DNA of 64,000 bases, from NCBI GenBank assembly GCA_028873865.1, contig JAPPNI010000030.1, positions 85,268 through 149,267 on the forward strand, in the 5' to 3' direction. Below the pieces are notes generated by a model. It was not told the origin of the DNA and searched no databases. It saw only the letters and a list, made by a program, of their open reading frames with translations. This document shows, piece by piece, positions 9,859 to 20,228 of the stretch. Position numbers and translations under genes: made by a program. The stretch's first letter is position 1. Every line of letters starts with the position of its first letter. This DNA comes from Chloroflexota bacterium (GTDB lineage: Bacteria > Chloroflexota > Dehalococcoidia > Bin125).

Positions 9859-10839
9859 TCAGGCGGTCGACAGCGCCAAGGCGCGGATTTCGCCGAACTC
9901 CCGCTCCAGCTTGCGCCACGAATCGCCGCCGTCCTCGCTCAGGTAGACGTAGCCGTACAGCGTGGCCGCGGCAATCGTGTCAGGCGCCTTGGGGTGGCTG
10001 GCCAACCAGTAAACGACAGACTTCGGCGCGACGGGCAGAGCGCACGGCGCCCAGGTCTGCCCGCCGTCGGTGGTGCGCTGGATCGCGCCGGTCGTGCCGG
10101 GAATGCCGTCACCGCTGGCGACGAACATGGTGTCGGGGTCGTCGTGCTTGACAATCATGGCGCGGCAATAGGCACGGGGCGTCCGCTCGGTCAGCGGCGG
10201 AAACTCGTGCTGCAGCCAGGACTCGCCCTCGTCGTCCGATCGCGCGATGCCGAATGGGCTCGTCGCGAACGTCGCCGCTCCCGCGGGCGCCGTCGCCCGA
10301 CCCATGCAGTGGATGTCGGCCTGGAACGTTTCGGGGCCCAGCGGATTCCCGCGCACCCAGGTGTCGCCGCCGTCGAGTGACTTGTGCACCCCGTCGACCT
10401 CGACGCCGGCGTAGATCCGCTGTGAGTTCAGCGGATCGATCACGACCACAGTCGTGCGTGGAGTGCCAATCGGGCACTCCTCAACGATGTCGACCGGCAG
10501 GTCGTCCCAGGAATGCCCTCCGTCACGCGATCGTCGAACACCCGGCCGCCCTCCCGCGAAAATCGTGTTTGCATCCGACGGGTCGACCGCCAGCGACCAG
10601 GTCTGCCGGTCGGGTTCGTAGCTGTCGACCACGCTCCAGCTGGAGCCGTTGTCGTCCGACAACAGCAGCGCATCGTCCGCCCCGGCCATCAGCCGGTTGG
10701 GATCGTCGGGGAACACCACCAGCGAGCGCACGGACTGCTCGCCGACCCCGCGCCCCTTCTGCCAGACGCCCCCGCCATCAGGCGAGCGCCAGACCCCCTG
10801 TCCAATCGTGCCCACGTGAATCATGATTTGGTCCGACAT
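9859..10839 (-). CDS. BNR/Asp-box repeat protein (Ycf48-like / sialidase-like beta-propeller)
   Basis: Repeated S-x-D-G-G-x-(T/S)-W motifs (SDDNGSSW, SRDGGHSW, SLDGGDTW, TDGGQTW, SEDGGDSW). Confidence 0.7.
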   Translation of the reverse strand: MSDQIMIHVGTIGQGVWRSPDGGGVWQKGRGVGEQSVRSLVVFPDDPNRLMAGADDALLLSDDNGSSWSVVDSYEPDRQTWSLAVDPSDANTIFAGGRPGVRRSRDGGHSWDDLPVDIVEECPIGTPRTTVVVIDPLNSQRIYAGVEVDGVHKSLDGGDTWVRGNPLGPETFQADIHCMGRATAPAGAATFATSPFGIARSDDEGESWLQHEFPPLTERTPRAYCRAMIVKHDDPDTMFVASGDGIPGTTGAIQRTTDGGQTWAPCALPVAPKSVVYWLASHPKAPDTIAAATLYGYVYLSEDGGDSWRKLEREFGEIRALALSTA

Positions 10840-10893
10840 ATCGCGCCTCTTCTCAATCGTCGCTGCGCTCAAGGTAGGCGTTTGGCAGCGCGG

Positions 10894-11814
10894 TCAGTTA
10901 CGGAGAACACTCCTGGGGTCTGGAAACTCCATCGGTTCGTTATAGCTGATCAGCACCGCTGAATAATCGATGTAGATATCCGGCTGCTGCTGATACCGAT
11001 TCCCCATTCGCAACTCCAAACGAAGCAAGGCGCCGGACTCCCGATCGACGATCAGACGCAGATGCGCATAGGACGAAACTGGCTGTTCCGAATGCTCTTC
11101 AAGTTCGCCCTCTTCTTCATCCCCATCCTTGGGTCGGTTGGGATCACGGAACTGAGTTGCAATCACATTGACGAGAGCAGAGAGCTCGCTGTCCGACTCG
11201 GGTGTTCCTGTGTCGCCAGCGCACAGTAAGTCCCATGCGGGCCGACCTTCCCAATTCAGCTCCGAGACCGACCCGATCGTTGAATCGAGGCAATCCAGAA
11301 GCGGCGCGGCTCGCTCCGGGCCGGCCAACTCTTCCAGCTGCAGTAGCCGCTCGAGGTTGGTCACCCAGCCCTGCTCCTGCGCAGCAACCTGTTCCCACTC
11401 GATTCCATCCAACGAGAGATGTACATCTTCATTTGTGACCAGCAGCTGGAATGCGAGAGCCGATCCAGTCGCCTCAAGGGTCGCGAAGTCGATCCAGTCA
11501 CGCCCGGACAGCAGATCCCGATGCGCTCGAGCGCTGATCTTCGCAGTTTCTTCCACGGTGCGGACATCCAACTCCAACTGCAAGACCACTCCGCGCAGAC
11601 TGCCCTGCCATCGGGACAGCGCTGCCACTGCCTGATCTCGTGCGCGTCTGGGGGTCGTCTCGGTTCCCGTCGCTCCGCGACTCTGGGTTCGGCCAACCCC
11701 AGACTGATCAGATGTCTCCGACGAAGCAGGAGCTACAGGAATGCGATCATCACACGCTACCGCCGAACCGGCGAGCAGAATGACCAGAACCGCAATGGTC
11801 AGGCCGCGGACCAT
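10894..11814 (-). CDS. secreted lipoprotein of unknown function, single-repeat paralogue of 7979..9772 (ends ...ISYNEPMEFPDP)
   Basis: Signal peptide MVRGLTIAVLVILLAGSAVAC and a shared C-terminal motif with the larger lipoprotein. Confidence 0.55.
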   Translation of the reverse strand: MVRGLTIAVLVILLAGSAVACDDRIPVAPASSETSDQSGVGRTQSRGATGTETTPRRARDQAVAALSRWQGSLRGVVLQLELDVRTVEETAKISARAHRDLLSGRDWIDFATLEATGSALAFQLLVTNEDVHLSLDGIEWEQVAAQEQGWVTNLERLLQLEELAGPERAAPLLDCLDSTIGSVSELNWEGRPAWDLLCAGDTGTPESDSELSALVNVIATQFRDPNRPKDGDEEEGELEEHSEQPVSSYAHLRLIVDRESGALLRLELRMGNRYQQQPDIYIDYSAVLISYNEPMEFPDPRSVLRN

Positions 11815-11816
11815 GC

Positions 11817-13379
11817 TCACGGCATGTACGGATACGGACACGAACCCAACTGGGTCTTCAGGATCGCCTGCGCATCCTCCACGAACTCGCACAACAGCGG
11901 ACGCGTGTCCGCCGGATCGATGATGTCCTGACCCGTCGCCTCCGCCGTTCGGAAGGGCGACGCGAGGTCCTGCAGACGCTGCTCAATCTCCGCCTGCTTG
12001 GCCTCTGGATCGTCGGCCGTGTCGATTTCGCGCCGATACGCCGCCATCGCCCCGCCTTCGATGTGCATCGAACCCCAGCGGCCCGAGGGCCAGGCCCAGC
12101 GCTGGAACATCCCCGTCGGGCGGTGTTGGCACTGTCCCGCGACGCCGAAGATGCGGCCCATCACGACCGTCGCCCAGGGCATTTGCGACTGGCAGGTCGC
12201 CATCACCAGCCGCGCGCCGGCTCGCTCGATGCCCAGCTTCTCCGACTCGATCCCGACCATGAAGCCGGGCTCGTCGGCGAACGAGATCATCGGCAGATGG
12301 AACATGTCGCAGAGCTGGATCAGGCGGATCACCTTGCTCCCGCCCTTGACGTCGGTCGAGCCGCCCTCGTGCATCGGGTTGTTGGCCATCACCCCGACCG
12401 GATAGCCGTTGATCCGCGCCAGACCCGTGATCCGCGAACGACCGTAGAACGGCGCGATCTCGAAGAACGAGCCCTGGTCCACGCACCAGTTGATCGCACG
12501 ATGGCCGTCGTAGGCGCGTCGCCGGTCACGCGGCACGAGGCGACGCAGGCGCTCTTCGCGCCGGTTCGGGTCGTCGGTTGGCTCGATCCGCTGGGGCATC
12601 TCGTAGACGCTCTGCGGCAGGTAGCTGAGGAACTGCCGAATCTGGCGGAAGGCGTCCTCCTCGTCTTCGGCCAGGTTGTCGACCGAGCCCGACTGGTAGA
12701 CGTGGATCCGCTCGTCGCCGAGGTCCTCTTTGGTCACGTCGTAGCCCAGCGCCGCCTTGACCACCGGAGGGCCGCCGGGAAAGAGCTGCGAGATGCCCTT
12801 GACCATGATCGTGAAATGGGCCATGCAGGCGTTGACCGCCGGCAGGCCGGCGACTGAGCCCATCACTGCCGAGACGACCGGCACCACCCGCAACAGGTCA
12901 GTGTCGAAGGTCGACCACATGTTGCCGTCGGGCAGATAGGTGCGGCCCAGCGTCTCGAATCCGCGCACCGAGCCGCCTGCTGCGTCGAGCATCCGCACGT
13001 AGGGCACGCGCCACTCGAGCGCCCGCTGGTTCGAGCGCTTCTCCGAGCCCAGACCGTCCGACCCGTCGCCGCCGCCCGATCCGCCGCGCACCGTGAAATC
13101 GCCGGCCGAGACCACGACCTTGCGCCCATTGACCTTGCCGAATCCCTCGATCGCGCCCTTCGGCGTGAACCCGACCAGCTCCCCCGCCTCGTCGTAGGAC
13201 GGCCGCCCGACCAGCGACATGAACTCCGTCAACGACCCCGGATCCAGCAGCCCATCAATCCGCTCATTGACCAGCAGCTTGCCCCGCCGCCGCTGCCGAG
13301 CCACCCCTTCTGGCCCACCGCGACCCTTGGCCAACTCCTTGCGCTTGGCGATCTCCGCGATCTCACGTTCCCACGTCAT
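11817..13379 (-). CDS. pccB: acyl-CoA carboxylase carboxyltransferase subunit (propionyl-CoA carboxylase beta chain-like)
   Basis: Carboxyl transferase domain across the full length (MTWEREIAEIAKRKELAKGRGGPEG..., GGSVRGFETLG..., MVGIESEKLGIERAGARLV). Confidence 0.85.
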   Translation of the reverse strand: MTWEREIAEIAKRKELAKGRGGPEGVARQRRRGKLLVNERIDGLLDPGSLTEFMSLVGRPSYDEAGELVGFTPKGAIEGFGKVNGRKVVVSAGDFTVRGGSGGGDGSDGLGSEKRSNQRALEWRVPYVRMLDAAGGSVRGFETLGRTYLPDGNMWSTFDTDLLRVVPVVSAVMGSVAGLPAVNACMAHFTIMVKGISQLFPGGPPVVKAALGYDVTKEDLGDERIHVYQSGSVDNLAEDEEDAFRQIRQFLSYLPQSVYEMPQRIEPTDDPNRREERLRRLVPRDRRRAYDGHRAINWCVDQGSFFEIAPFYGRSRITGLARINGYPVGVMANNPMHEGGSTDVKGGSKVIRLIQLCDMFHLPMISFADEPGFMVGIESEKLGIERAGARLVMATCQSQMPWATVVMGRIFGVAGQCQHRPTGMFQRWAWPSGRWGSMHIEGGAMAAYRREIDTADDPEAKQAEIEQRLQDLASPFRTAEATGQDIIDPADTRPLLCEFVEDAQAILKTQLGSCPYPYMP

Positions 13380-13485
13380 CGGGCTGCTCCGTCCTTGGTG
13401 ATCTTGCAGCAGGTTACGAGGCCCGTGTTCCGGGGACGAACAGCGGATGACAAGTAGGCGTATCGAATCGGGCGGCACTTCTGGC

Positions 13486-13980
13486 TCAGCGCGCTGCTGC
13501 GATCGCTGACTGGGCGCGCTCCTGCAGGTCGAGTTGCGGCGACCATTCGGTGTCGATCCGCGTGCGAATCATAGTCGCCTTGACTGCCGAGGCGAACTCC
13601 TGCATGGCCAGTTGCTGCAGAGACTCGGTGAGAGTCTGCCCAGGGTCCTGGGCCAGTCTCTTGGCCCGCGTCCACCAGGCCTGCTGCATGGTGTCGTCCG
13701 TAGCTCGCATCAGGATTTCTTCCGTCACCGCACGATGACGGACGAGGGTGTAGAGGACTTGCACGGGGGTCTGCGGCGGATCCAGTTGGGCCGGCAGCAG
13801 GCCCTCGGGCCAGATCAGGTTGGCTTCGGCCGTGCAGGCCTCGGATGCGCAATCGGCCAGCGACCCTAATGGCGTGGACTCATGCAACTGGTCTTCGGAC
13901 GCGCCGGCAAGCGCCGTCGTCAGCACTCGCCGCGTGAGCAGCAGCGCATAGCCCCAGGCCTCGGCGGAGTCGGACTTCAT
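13486..13980 (-). CDS. hypothetical protein (DinB/MDMPI-like helical bundle?)
   Basis: The ORF fits the intergenic space but has no strong motif; coding status is moderately likely. Confidence 0.35.
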   Translation of the reverse strand: MKSDSAEAWGYALLLTRRVLTTALAGASEDQLHESTPLGSLADCASEACTAEANLIWPEGLLPAQLDPPQTPVQVLYTLVRHRAVTEEILMRATDDTMQQAWWTRAKRLAQDPGQTLTESLQQLAMQEFASAVKATMIRTRIDTEWSPQLDLQERAQSAIAAAR

Positions 13981-13996
13981 CAGATCGCGGACCCGG

Positions 13997-14914
13997 CTAG
14001 ATCAGGTCCTGGCCGCCTGCGACTTCGAGCGCGGAGCGAATCGTGGCCTGGATGCCCTCGTCGGGGTCGACCAGCGGTGCGCGCAACGGCCCGGCGTTGA
14101 AGCCGATATCGTTGAGCGCCCACTTGACCGGCGCAGGACTGCCGATTAGGAAGAGGGCCTTGACCAGCGGCGCCATCTTCACCTGCAGCCGGCCCGCCTC
14201 AGCCGTGTCGCCGCGCTCCCAGGCGTCGTACATCGCCTTGATCTGCCCACCGACGAGGTGAGACAGCACGGAAACTGCACCGTAACCGCCCATCGCCAGG
14301 ATGGCCAGGTTGTCGCCGTCGTTGCCGCTCCAGATGCGGAACTGGCGCGGAGCGGTGCGGATGATCTCGGCGATCTGCTCGAGGTCGCCCGAGGCTTCCT
14401 TGACTCCGGCGATGTTGGGGCAGTCCTCGGCCAGCCGCACGGTCGTCTGCGCCGACATGTTCAGTCCGGTCCGTCCCGGCACGTTGTAGAGCATGATCGG
14501 CGTCTCGGGCACCGCGTCGGCGACGGCCTTGAAGTGCTGGTAGAGGCCTTCCTGCGACGGCTTGTTGTAGTACGGCACCACCTGGAGCAGGCCGTCGATG
14601 TCGAGCTTGGCCGCCTGCTCGGAAGCCTCGGCCGCGGTCTCGGTCGAGTTCGACCCGGTCCCCGCGATCAACGTCCCGCCTGCATCGTGCACGACTGGAG
14701 CCAGTTCGCGGAAGAGGACCCGCTCCTCATCGTGTGTCAGCGTCGGCGACTCCCCGGTCGTGCCGGCCACAACGACGCCGTCGGAGCCCGACTTGAGCAG
14801 CGCCGATGCCAGATGTTGCGCCTGCTCAACATCGATGCCACCGGCTTCGGTCATCGGCGTCACCATCGCGGTGTAGAGGCGTCCCCAGTCTGGGGCGTCG
14901 TTTGCTTCAGTCAT
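13997..14914 (-). CDS. dapA: 4-hydroxy-tetrahydrodipicolinate synthase
   Basis: LYTAMVTPMTEAGGIDVEQAQHLASALLKSGSDGVVVAGTTGESPTLTHDEE matches the DapA family over the full length. Confidence 0.9.
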   Translation of the reverse strand: MTEANDAPDWGRLYTAMVTPMTEAGGIDVEQAQHLASALLKSGSDGVVVAGTTGESPTLTHDEERVLFRELAPVVHDAGGTLIAGTGSNSTETAAEASEQAAKLDIDGLLQVVPYYNKPSQEGLYQHFKAVADAVPETPIMLYNVPGRTGLNMSAQTTVRLAEDCPNIAGVKEASGDLEQIAEIIRTAPRQFRIWSGNDGDNLAILAMGGYGAVSVLSHLVGGQIKAMYDAWERGDTAEAGRLQVKMAPLVKALFLIGSPAPVKWALNDIGFNAGPLRAPLVDPDEGIQATIRSALEVAGGQDLI

Positions 14915-15016
14915 GATTCGGGCTTTCCGTCTGTCACAGTCTGGCGATCAAGGCTACAAGGTCAGAGACGCGATATCGCAGGCATGGCGCCCTCACCCAC
15001 TGCCGATCGCGGTGCG

Positions 15017-16042
15017 CTAGAGGCAACCGTCATCAAGCATCCACTCAACCATCTGGATGATGTTCAGCGCCGCGCCCTTGCGCAGGTTGTCGGCGACGAC
15101 CCACCAGGCGAGACCGTTGGGGTTGGTCACGTCAACGCGTGCGCGACCGACCAGCGTGTCGTCGATCCCGTCGGCGTCAAGCGGCGTCGGCCATTCACCC
15201 GCGGCGCGGCCGTCGATCACAGTGAGACCCGGTTGAGCTGCCCAGCGTTCGTGCGCCTCCTCGGGCGCGATCGGACGGTCGAAGTCAGCGTGGACGGCAA
15301 TGGCGTGCGCGCGCTCGGTCGGAATGCGGACACAGGTTGCGGAGAGCGGCAGCTCCGGCTGGTGCAGGATCTTGCGCGATTCGACCAGCATCTTCCACTC
15401 TTCCCTGGTGTAGCCGTCCTCGAGAAAGACATCGACCTGAGGCAGCGCATTATTGGCGATCTGCTTCGGATACTCCGAGATCTGCTCGTCAGAGATTGAG
15501 CCACCGCCGGCGAGCGAGGCGTTCTGCTGCTTGAGCTCGACCACTGCGGCGCCGCCTGAGCCGGAGGTGGCCTGGTAGGTGTCGGCGATTACGCGTGTCA
15601 CTGCGCGGTCGCGGATCAACGGATGCAGGGAGAGCACCAGGGGCACGGTGGTGCAGTTGGGGGTGGAGACGATCCCGTTGTGGTGGCGCAGGTCCTCCGG
15701 GTTGACCTCGGGCACCACGAGCGGCACGCCCTCCTGCTGGCGGAAGGCGGAGGAGTCGTCAAAGGCGACCGCGCCCTTTTGCGCGGCCACCGGGCAAAGC
15801 TCCTTCGAGGCCGCCGTCGAGGCAGAGATGAAGGCCACGTCGGCGCCGTCAAAGGCGTCGTGGGTGGTCTCGTGGACGATGTGCGTTTCACCTCGAAAAC
15901 TGAGTTCGCGTCCCTCGGAGCGCTTCGTCGCGAGTAGTCGGAGTTCCTTGACCGGGAAGTTGCGTTCCTCCATGCATTTGAGGAATTCGGCCCCCACGAC
16001 GCCGGTGGCTCCAACGAGGGCAACGGTCAGTTCACGTCCCAC
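15017..16042 (-). CDS. asd: aspartate-semialdehyde dehydrogenase
   Basis: N-terminal LTVALVGATGVVGAEF Rossmann motif and an Asd catalytic domain; lies in a dap cluster. Confidence 0.9.
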   Translation of the reverse strand: MGRELTVALVGATGVVGAEFLKCMEERNFPVKELRLLATKRSEGRELSFRGETHIVHETTHDAFDGADVAFISASTAASKELCPVAAQKGAVAFDDSSAFRQQEGVPLVVPEVNPEDLRHHNGIVSTPNCTTVPLVLSLHPLIRDRAVTRVIADTYQATSGSGGAAVVELKQQNASLAGGGSISDEQISEYPKQIANNALPQVDVFLEDGYTREEWKMLVESRKILHQPELPLSATCVRIPTERAHAIAVHADFDRPIAPEEAHERWAAQPGLTVIDGRAAGEWPTPLDADGIDDTLVGRARVDVTNPNGLAWWVVADNLRKGAALNIIQMVEWMLDDGCL

Positions 16043-16084
16043 GGTCTTACTCCTTGTTTGTGCGTGGTGCGCTGTTTGCTCGGG

Positions 16085-16891
16085 TCAGTCAGTTCGCAGT
16101 CCGAGCAGGCGGTCGAGTCCGATCACGAGATGATCGAGCGCGGGCGCGGCGCGAACGGCGCGAAGAATCTCGGGAATGAAGGATGCGCGGCTCATCGAGT
16201 CGTGGCGAATCGTCAACGTCTCATCGTTACCGCCGAAGACAATCACCTGGTGGGCTACCAGTCCGGGCAGGCGGACGGAGTGCAGTGACGCTCCACCGAG
16301 TTCGGCGCCGCGCGAGTCATAGCCGTCAAGGTTGTGGCGCTCGGCCTCCTTGCGGCTGAAGTCGCTGTCGCGGGCGGCACGCATCGATTGCGCTGTTGCA
16401 ACGGCGGTGCCGGACGGCGCGTCGACCTTGCCGTCGTGATGCTGCTCGATGATCTCGACCGAATCGAAGAGCGGCGCCGCGACGTTGGCCAGGTGCATCA
16501 TCAGCACCGCGCCGAGCGCAAAATTGGCTGCGATTACACCGCCCAGATTCGCCTCGTTGACGCGTCGCGCGGCATCGGCGACGACCTCGTCCGGGAGTCC
16601 ACTGGTACCAATGACCGGGCGAATGCCCGCCTCGACTGCAGCCGGAATGAGTTTGACGGTCCACTCTGCGTTGGAGAAGTCGACCACGACATCGGGCGAC
16701 CACGCGGCCAGCGAGTCAAGCGAGTTGCTCAGGGGCACAGCCCGGTCGCCAATCTCAACCGACGGTTCAGTGGACAAGCCGTCCAGCGCACCGATCAGTT
16801 CAAGATCGTCTGCGGCCTCGATCGCGGTCATGATTTGCCGGCCCATGTTGCCGGCGCCGCTCATCACCACTCGGATGCCGGGGCTGGCCAT
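16085..16891 (-). CDS. dapB: 4-hydroxy-tetrahydrodipicolinate reductase
   Basis: N-terminus IRVVMSGAGNMGRQIMTAIEAADDLELIGALD and the DapB C-terminal domain. Confidence 0.85.
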   Translation of the reverse strand: MASPGIRVVMSGAGNMGRQIMTAIEAADDLELIGALDGLSTEPSVEIGDRAVPLSNSLDSLAAWSPDVVVDFSNAEWTVKLIPAAVEAGIRPVIGTSGLPDEVVADAARRVNEANLGGVIAANFALGAVLMMHLANVAAPLFDSVEIIEQHHDGKVDAPSGTAVATAQSMRAARDSDFSRKEAERHNLDGYDSRGAELGGASLHSVRLPGLVAHQVIVFGGNDETLTIRHDSMSRASFIPEILRAVRAAPALDHLVIGLDRLLGLRTD

Positions 16892-16918
16892 GACTCACCT
16901 ACTCAACTACCGATTCGC

Positions 16919-19579
16919 TCACCGGCTGGGAGCGCCGAAGTCGCTGCGCGGCGGAGGGGGCGGGGGCGGGGGGCCATCGCCATCTGTCTCTTGACTCCGG
17001 CGAATGTTGACCCGTGAGAGGATGCCGCCACGGCGTCGTGGTGCGATATTCGTGTCGGGCTGGCGTTCTTCCTGTTCGCCGGCTTCGCCGCGCGGCGAGC
17101 GCTCGCCGCGTTGTCCGGAGCCCGGTTGGCCCGATCCGTCGCCTGACTGTTGGTTCGACTCCCCACTCTGCTGCGCAGCGCCGCGCCGTCGCCGTCGCCT
17201 CCGGCGGCGCGGTTGACCCTCCCGGGGCGGAGCAACGGCGGCTGAGCCGTCGTCGGCAGCGGCTGTGGCGAGCGGTGCCGGAGGTGCAGGCTCTGCCGCT
17301 TCCGGTTCGGGCGTCTCGACGGTTTCGGGCGGCTGTTCGGCGAGAGCTGCCTCCTCCACGTCGGGTTGCTCTGGTTCGTGCTGGACGCGAGGTCGGCGTT
17401 GGCGGGTCTCCCGTGCTTCACGGGGTTCTCGCTCGCGTCGCGGAGGACGCTCATCACGTCCGCGGCGCTCGCGCGGTTCTCGGGGACCGGAGTCGGCGTC
17501 GCCGTTGAGCAGCGCTTTGCGCGACGCATTGACGCGGCCGAGGTTGTCCACCTCAATCACGATGATCTGCATCTCGTCGCCGACGCTGACGACGTCCTCG
17601 ACCTTGTCGACTCGGTAGTCGGCCAGTTCGGAGATGTGAACCAGCGCGTCCTTGCCCGGGACCATCTCGACGAAGGCGCCGAAGGGCAGGATGCGGACCA
17701 CTTTGCCGGTGTAGATCTGGCCGGGTTCGATGTCGCGAGTCATTGCCGAGATGCGCTCGTAGGCGGCCTGGCCAGAAGCCTGGTCGACGGCGGTGATGAA
17801 CACCGCGCCGTCATCTTCGACCGAAATCTCCGCACCCGTGTCGTCCTGCAACGCGCGGATGTTGCGGCCGCCCGGGCCGATCAACTGGCCAATCTTGTCC
17901 TGCGGCACGTCGAGGCGCAGAATGCGCGGCGCGTGCGGCGACATCTGCTCACGCGGGGCCTCGATGCACTGGGTCATCACGTCCATGATTTCCAGTCGGG
18001 CGTCGCGAGCCTGGTCGAGTGCGCGGGTCAGGATCTCGAGGTCGATTCCTTTGACCTTCATGTCCATCTGCAGCGCCGTGACTCCGTCGCGTGAGCCGGC
18101 CACCTTGAAGTCCATGTCACCGAGGTGGTCTTCCATGCCGACGATGTCGGTCAGGATGGCGACTTCGTCCTCTTCCTTGATCAGGCCCATGGCTATTCCG
18201 GCGATCGGCGTCTTGATCGGCACACCGGCGTCCATCATCGAGAGCACGGAGGCGCAGACCGAGGCCATCGAGGTGGAGCCGTTGGACGCGAGCACCTCGG
18301 AGACAATTCGGATCGTGTAGGGGAACTCCTCGAACGGCGGCAGGATCGCCGCCATGGCACGCTCGCCGAGCATGCCGTGGCCGATGCTGCGCCGCGACGG
18401 GTTGCCGACCCGGCCGGTCTCGCCCGTGGAGAAGGGCGGGAAGTTGTAGTGATGCATGAAACGCTTCGAGTCCTCGGGCGTGAGGTCATCGAGGCGCTGG
18501 GCCATGCCCGACCCGGCCAGCGTCGTGAAGCTGAGCACCTGGGTTTCGCCGCGCTGGAAGAGCCCAGAGCCGTGGGTGCGCGGGACGAGGTCGACCTCGG
18601 CCGACAGCGGCCGCAGTTCGGCGTGCCCTCGACCATCAGGGCGAACCCCTTCGTCGAGGATGCTGCGGCGAACGATCCGTTTCTCCAGCGCGTCGAAAGC
18701 CTCGGCATGCGCCTCGGTGTCAGCGTCTTCGTCGAGACGGTCAAGCAACGACGCCTTGACAGCGGCGCGGCGGCTGTCGCGGTCCGCCTTGTCCTCGGCG
18801 CCCCGCAGCGCGGAGCGCAGGTCGTCGCCGTACTGTTTCTCGACTGCGGCGAAGATGTCGGCGTCGACGGCCTGCAGCGTGAAATCGCGCTTGGCCGGCG
18901 TCGCCTCGGCGGCGAGCGCCTCCTGCATTTCGCAGATCGTCGTGATCGCTTCCTGACCGATCGCCAGAGCTTCGACGAGCAGCGACTCAGGCACTTCGCC
19001 CGCTTCCGCCTCGACCATCGTGATGGCATCCTTGGTGCCGGCAACGACGAGGTTGAGGTCTGAGGCCTCGAGCTGGGCGAACGTCGGCTGCAGGACCAGT
19101 TCACCCTCGACATGTCCAATGCGCACCGAGGCGACCGGGCCGTCGAAGGGAATATCCGAGACGCAGAGCGCTGCCGATGCGGCAATCGTGCCCAGCGTGT
19201 CGGGAGGATTCTCCATATCGACCGAAAAGATCGTGATGATCAGCTGGGTGTCGTCGTTGTAGCCCTTGGGAAAGAGCGGTCGAATTGGCCGATCTGTCAG
19301 TCGCGCCGAGAGCACGGCGGCAGTCGTCGGGCGGCCTTCGCGCCGGAAAAACGATCCGGGAATCCGGCCGGCGGCGTAGAGCCGTTCCTCAAACTCGACT
19401 GAGAGCGGGAAGAAGTCGATCCCCGGCCTCGGCTTGGAGGCGGTGGCAGTCCCGAGCATCATGGTGTCGCCGTAGCGAACGGTGACCGCGCCACCGGCCT
19501 GATGTGCGAGCTTGCCGGTTTCGATCGTGAGGGTCCGTCCGGCGATTTCCTGCTGAACGGTTTGAGTGGTGATTTCCAT
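16919..19579 (-). CDS. pnp: polyribonucleotide nucleotidyltransferase (PNPase) with a ~210 aa C-terminal low-complexity R/E/P-rich tail ending PPPPPPPP
   Basis: RNase PH domains, KH and S1 domains are recognisable; the tail follows the S1 domain ([11 protein letters not shown]...); sits immediately downstream of rpsO. Confidence 0.92.
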   Translation of the reverse strand: MEITTQTVQQEIAGRTLTIETGKLAHQAGGAVTVRYGDTMMLGTATASKPRPGIDFFPLSVEFEERLYAAGRIPGSFFRREGRPTTAAVLSARLTDRPIRPLFPKGYNDDTQLIITIFSVDMENPPDTLGTIAASAALCVSDIPFDGPVASVRIGHVEGELVLQPTFAQLEASDLNLVVAGTKDAITMVEAEAGEVPESLLVEALAIGQEAITTICEMQEALAAEATPAKRDFTLQAVDADIFAAVEKQYGDDLRSALRGAEDKADRDSRRAAVKASLLDRLDEDADTEAHAEAFDALEKRIVRRSILDEGVRPDGRGHAELRPLSAEVDLVPRTHGSGLFQRGETQVLSFTTLAGSGMAQRLDDLTPEDSKRFMHHYNFPPFSTGETGRVGNPSRRSIGHGMLGERAMAAILPPFEEFPYTIRIVSEVLASNGSTSMASVCASVLSMMDAGVPIKTPIAGIAMGLIKEEDEVAILTDIVGMEDHLGDMDFKVAGSRDGVTALQMDMKVKGIDLEILTRALDQARDARLEIMDVMTQCIEAPREQMSPHAPRILRLDVPQDKIGQLIGPGGRNIRALQDDTGAEISVEDDGAVFITAVDQASGQAAYERISAMTRDIEPGQIYTGKVVRILPFGAFVEMVPGKDALVHISELADYRVDKVEDVVSVGDEMQIIVIEVDNLGRVNASRKALLNGDADSGPREPRERRGRDERPPRREREPREARETRQRRPRVQHEPEQPDVEEAALAEQPPETVETPEPEAAEPAPPAPLATAAADDGSAAVAPPREGQPRRRRRRRRRGAAQQSGESNQQSGDGSGQPGSGQRGERSPRGEAGEQEERQPDTNIAPRRRGGILSRVNIRRSQETDGDGPPPPPPPPRSDFGAPSR

Positions 19580-19750
19580 GGGCTGTTGCGTTCCTGTGCT
19601 TCCTTCTGCCGGTCGGGCCCGGCGCCGTTTCCTTAACGACAGGCCCTCATTGATCTGCGACGCCCGGCCCCCTTCAAGGGCTACCGGGGCGCGTCGCCGG
19701 TGTTCGTCCGAGACCGGTTGCAGCGCTGGTTCGGATCTGCGCGGGTGGCG
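19580..19750 (-). promoter_or_regulatory. rpsO-pnp intergenic leader (171 nt) with GC-rich inverted repeats; likely rpsO terminator and pnp processing/autoregulatory hairpins
   Basis: Position between rpsO and pnp, and imperfect palindromes (gggcccggcgcc ... gcccggccc, cccttcaaggg). Confidence 0.35.
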
Positions 19751-20017
19751 CTAGCGCCGCAGACCCAGTTCGCTGACCAGCGTGGTGTAGCGGTTGACAT
19801 CCTCGCGGTTGAGGTAGCGAAGCTGCCGTCGCCGTTGACCGACGAGCTTCATCAGCGCACGACGGGTGTGGTAGTCGTGCCGATGCTCGCGCAAGTGGTC
19901 GGTCAGCCGCGAGATTCGCTGGGTCAGCTGCGCGATCTGGACCTCGGGGGAGCCAGTGTCGTTCTCGTGCTGACCGAACTTCGCCGCGATGGCGGCCTTC
20001 TCATCCTTGCTCAGCAT
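19751..20017 (-). CDS. rpsO: 30S ribosomal protein S15
   Basis: [69 protein letters not shown] is a full-length S15. Confidence 0.92.
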   Translation of the reverse strand: MLSKDEKAAIAAKFGQHENDTGSPEVQIAQLTQRISRLTDHLREHRHDYHTRRALMKLVGQRRRQLRYLNREDVNRYTTLVSELGLRR

Positions 20018-20228
20018 GTGTGCACCTGTCCACATGGGCCATCAGGCGATGTTGCGCGGCGGGGCTGCCCTGTCCCTGGCGAGTACCTGGTTCTTTCGAG
20101 TCTGCCGGCGGCTCTCCAAGCCGCCAACTCCCCACCGCTGCGCTGCGTGGTCGTCTCGTTGCCTAGACGTTACCAGACCGTGCCGCGTTGCAGATGTCAG
20201 TTCGGTCGCATATGCGACACTGGGCGGC

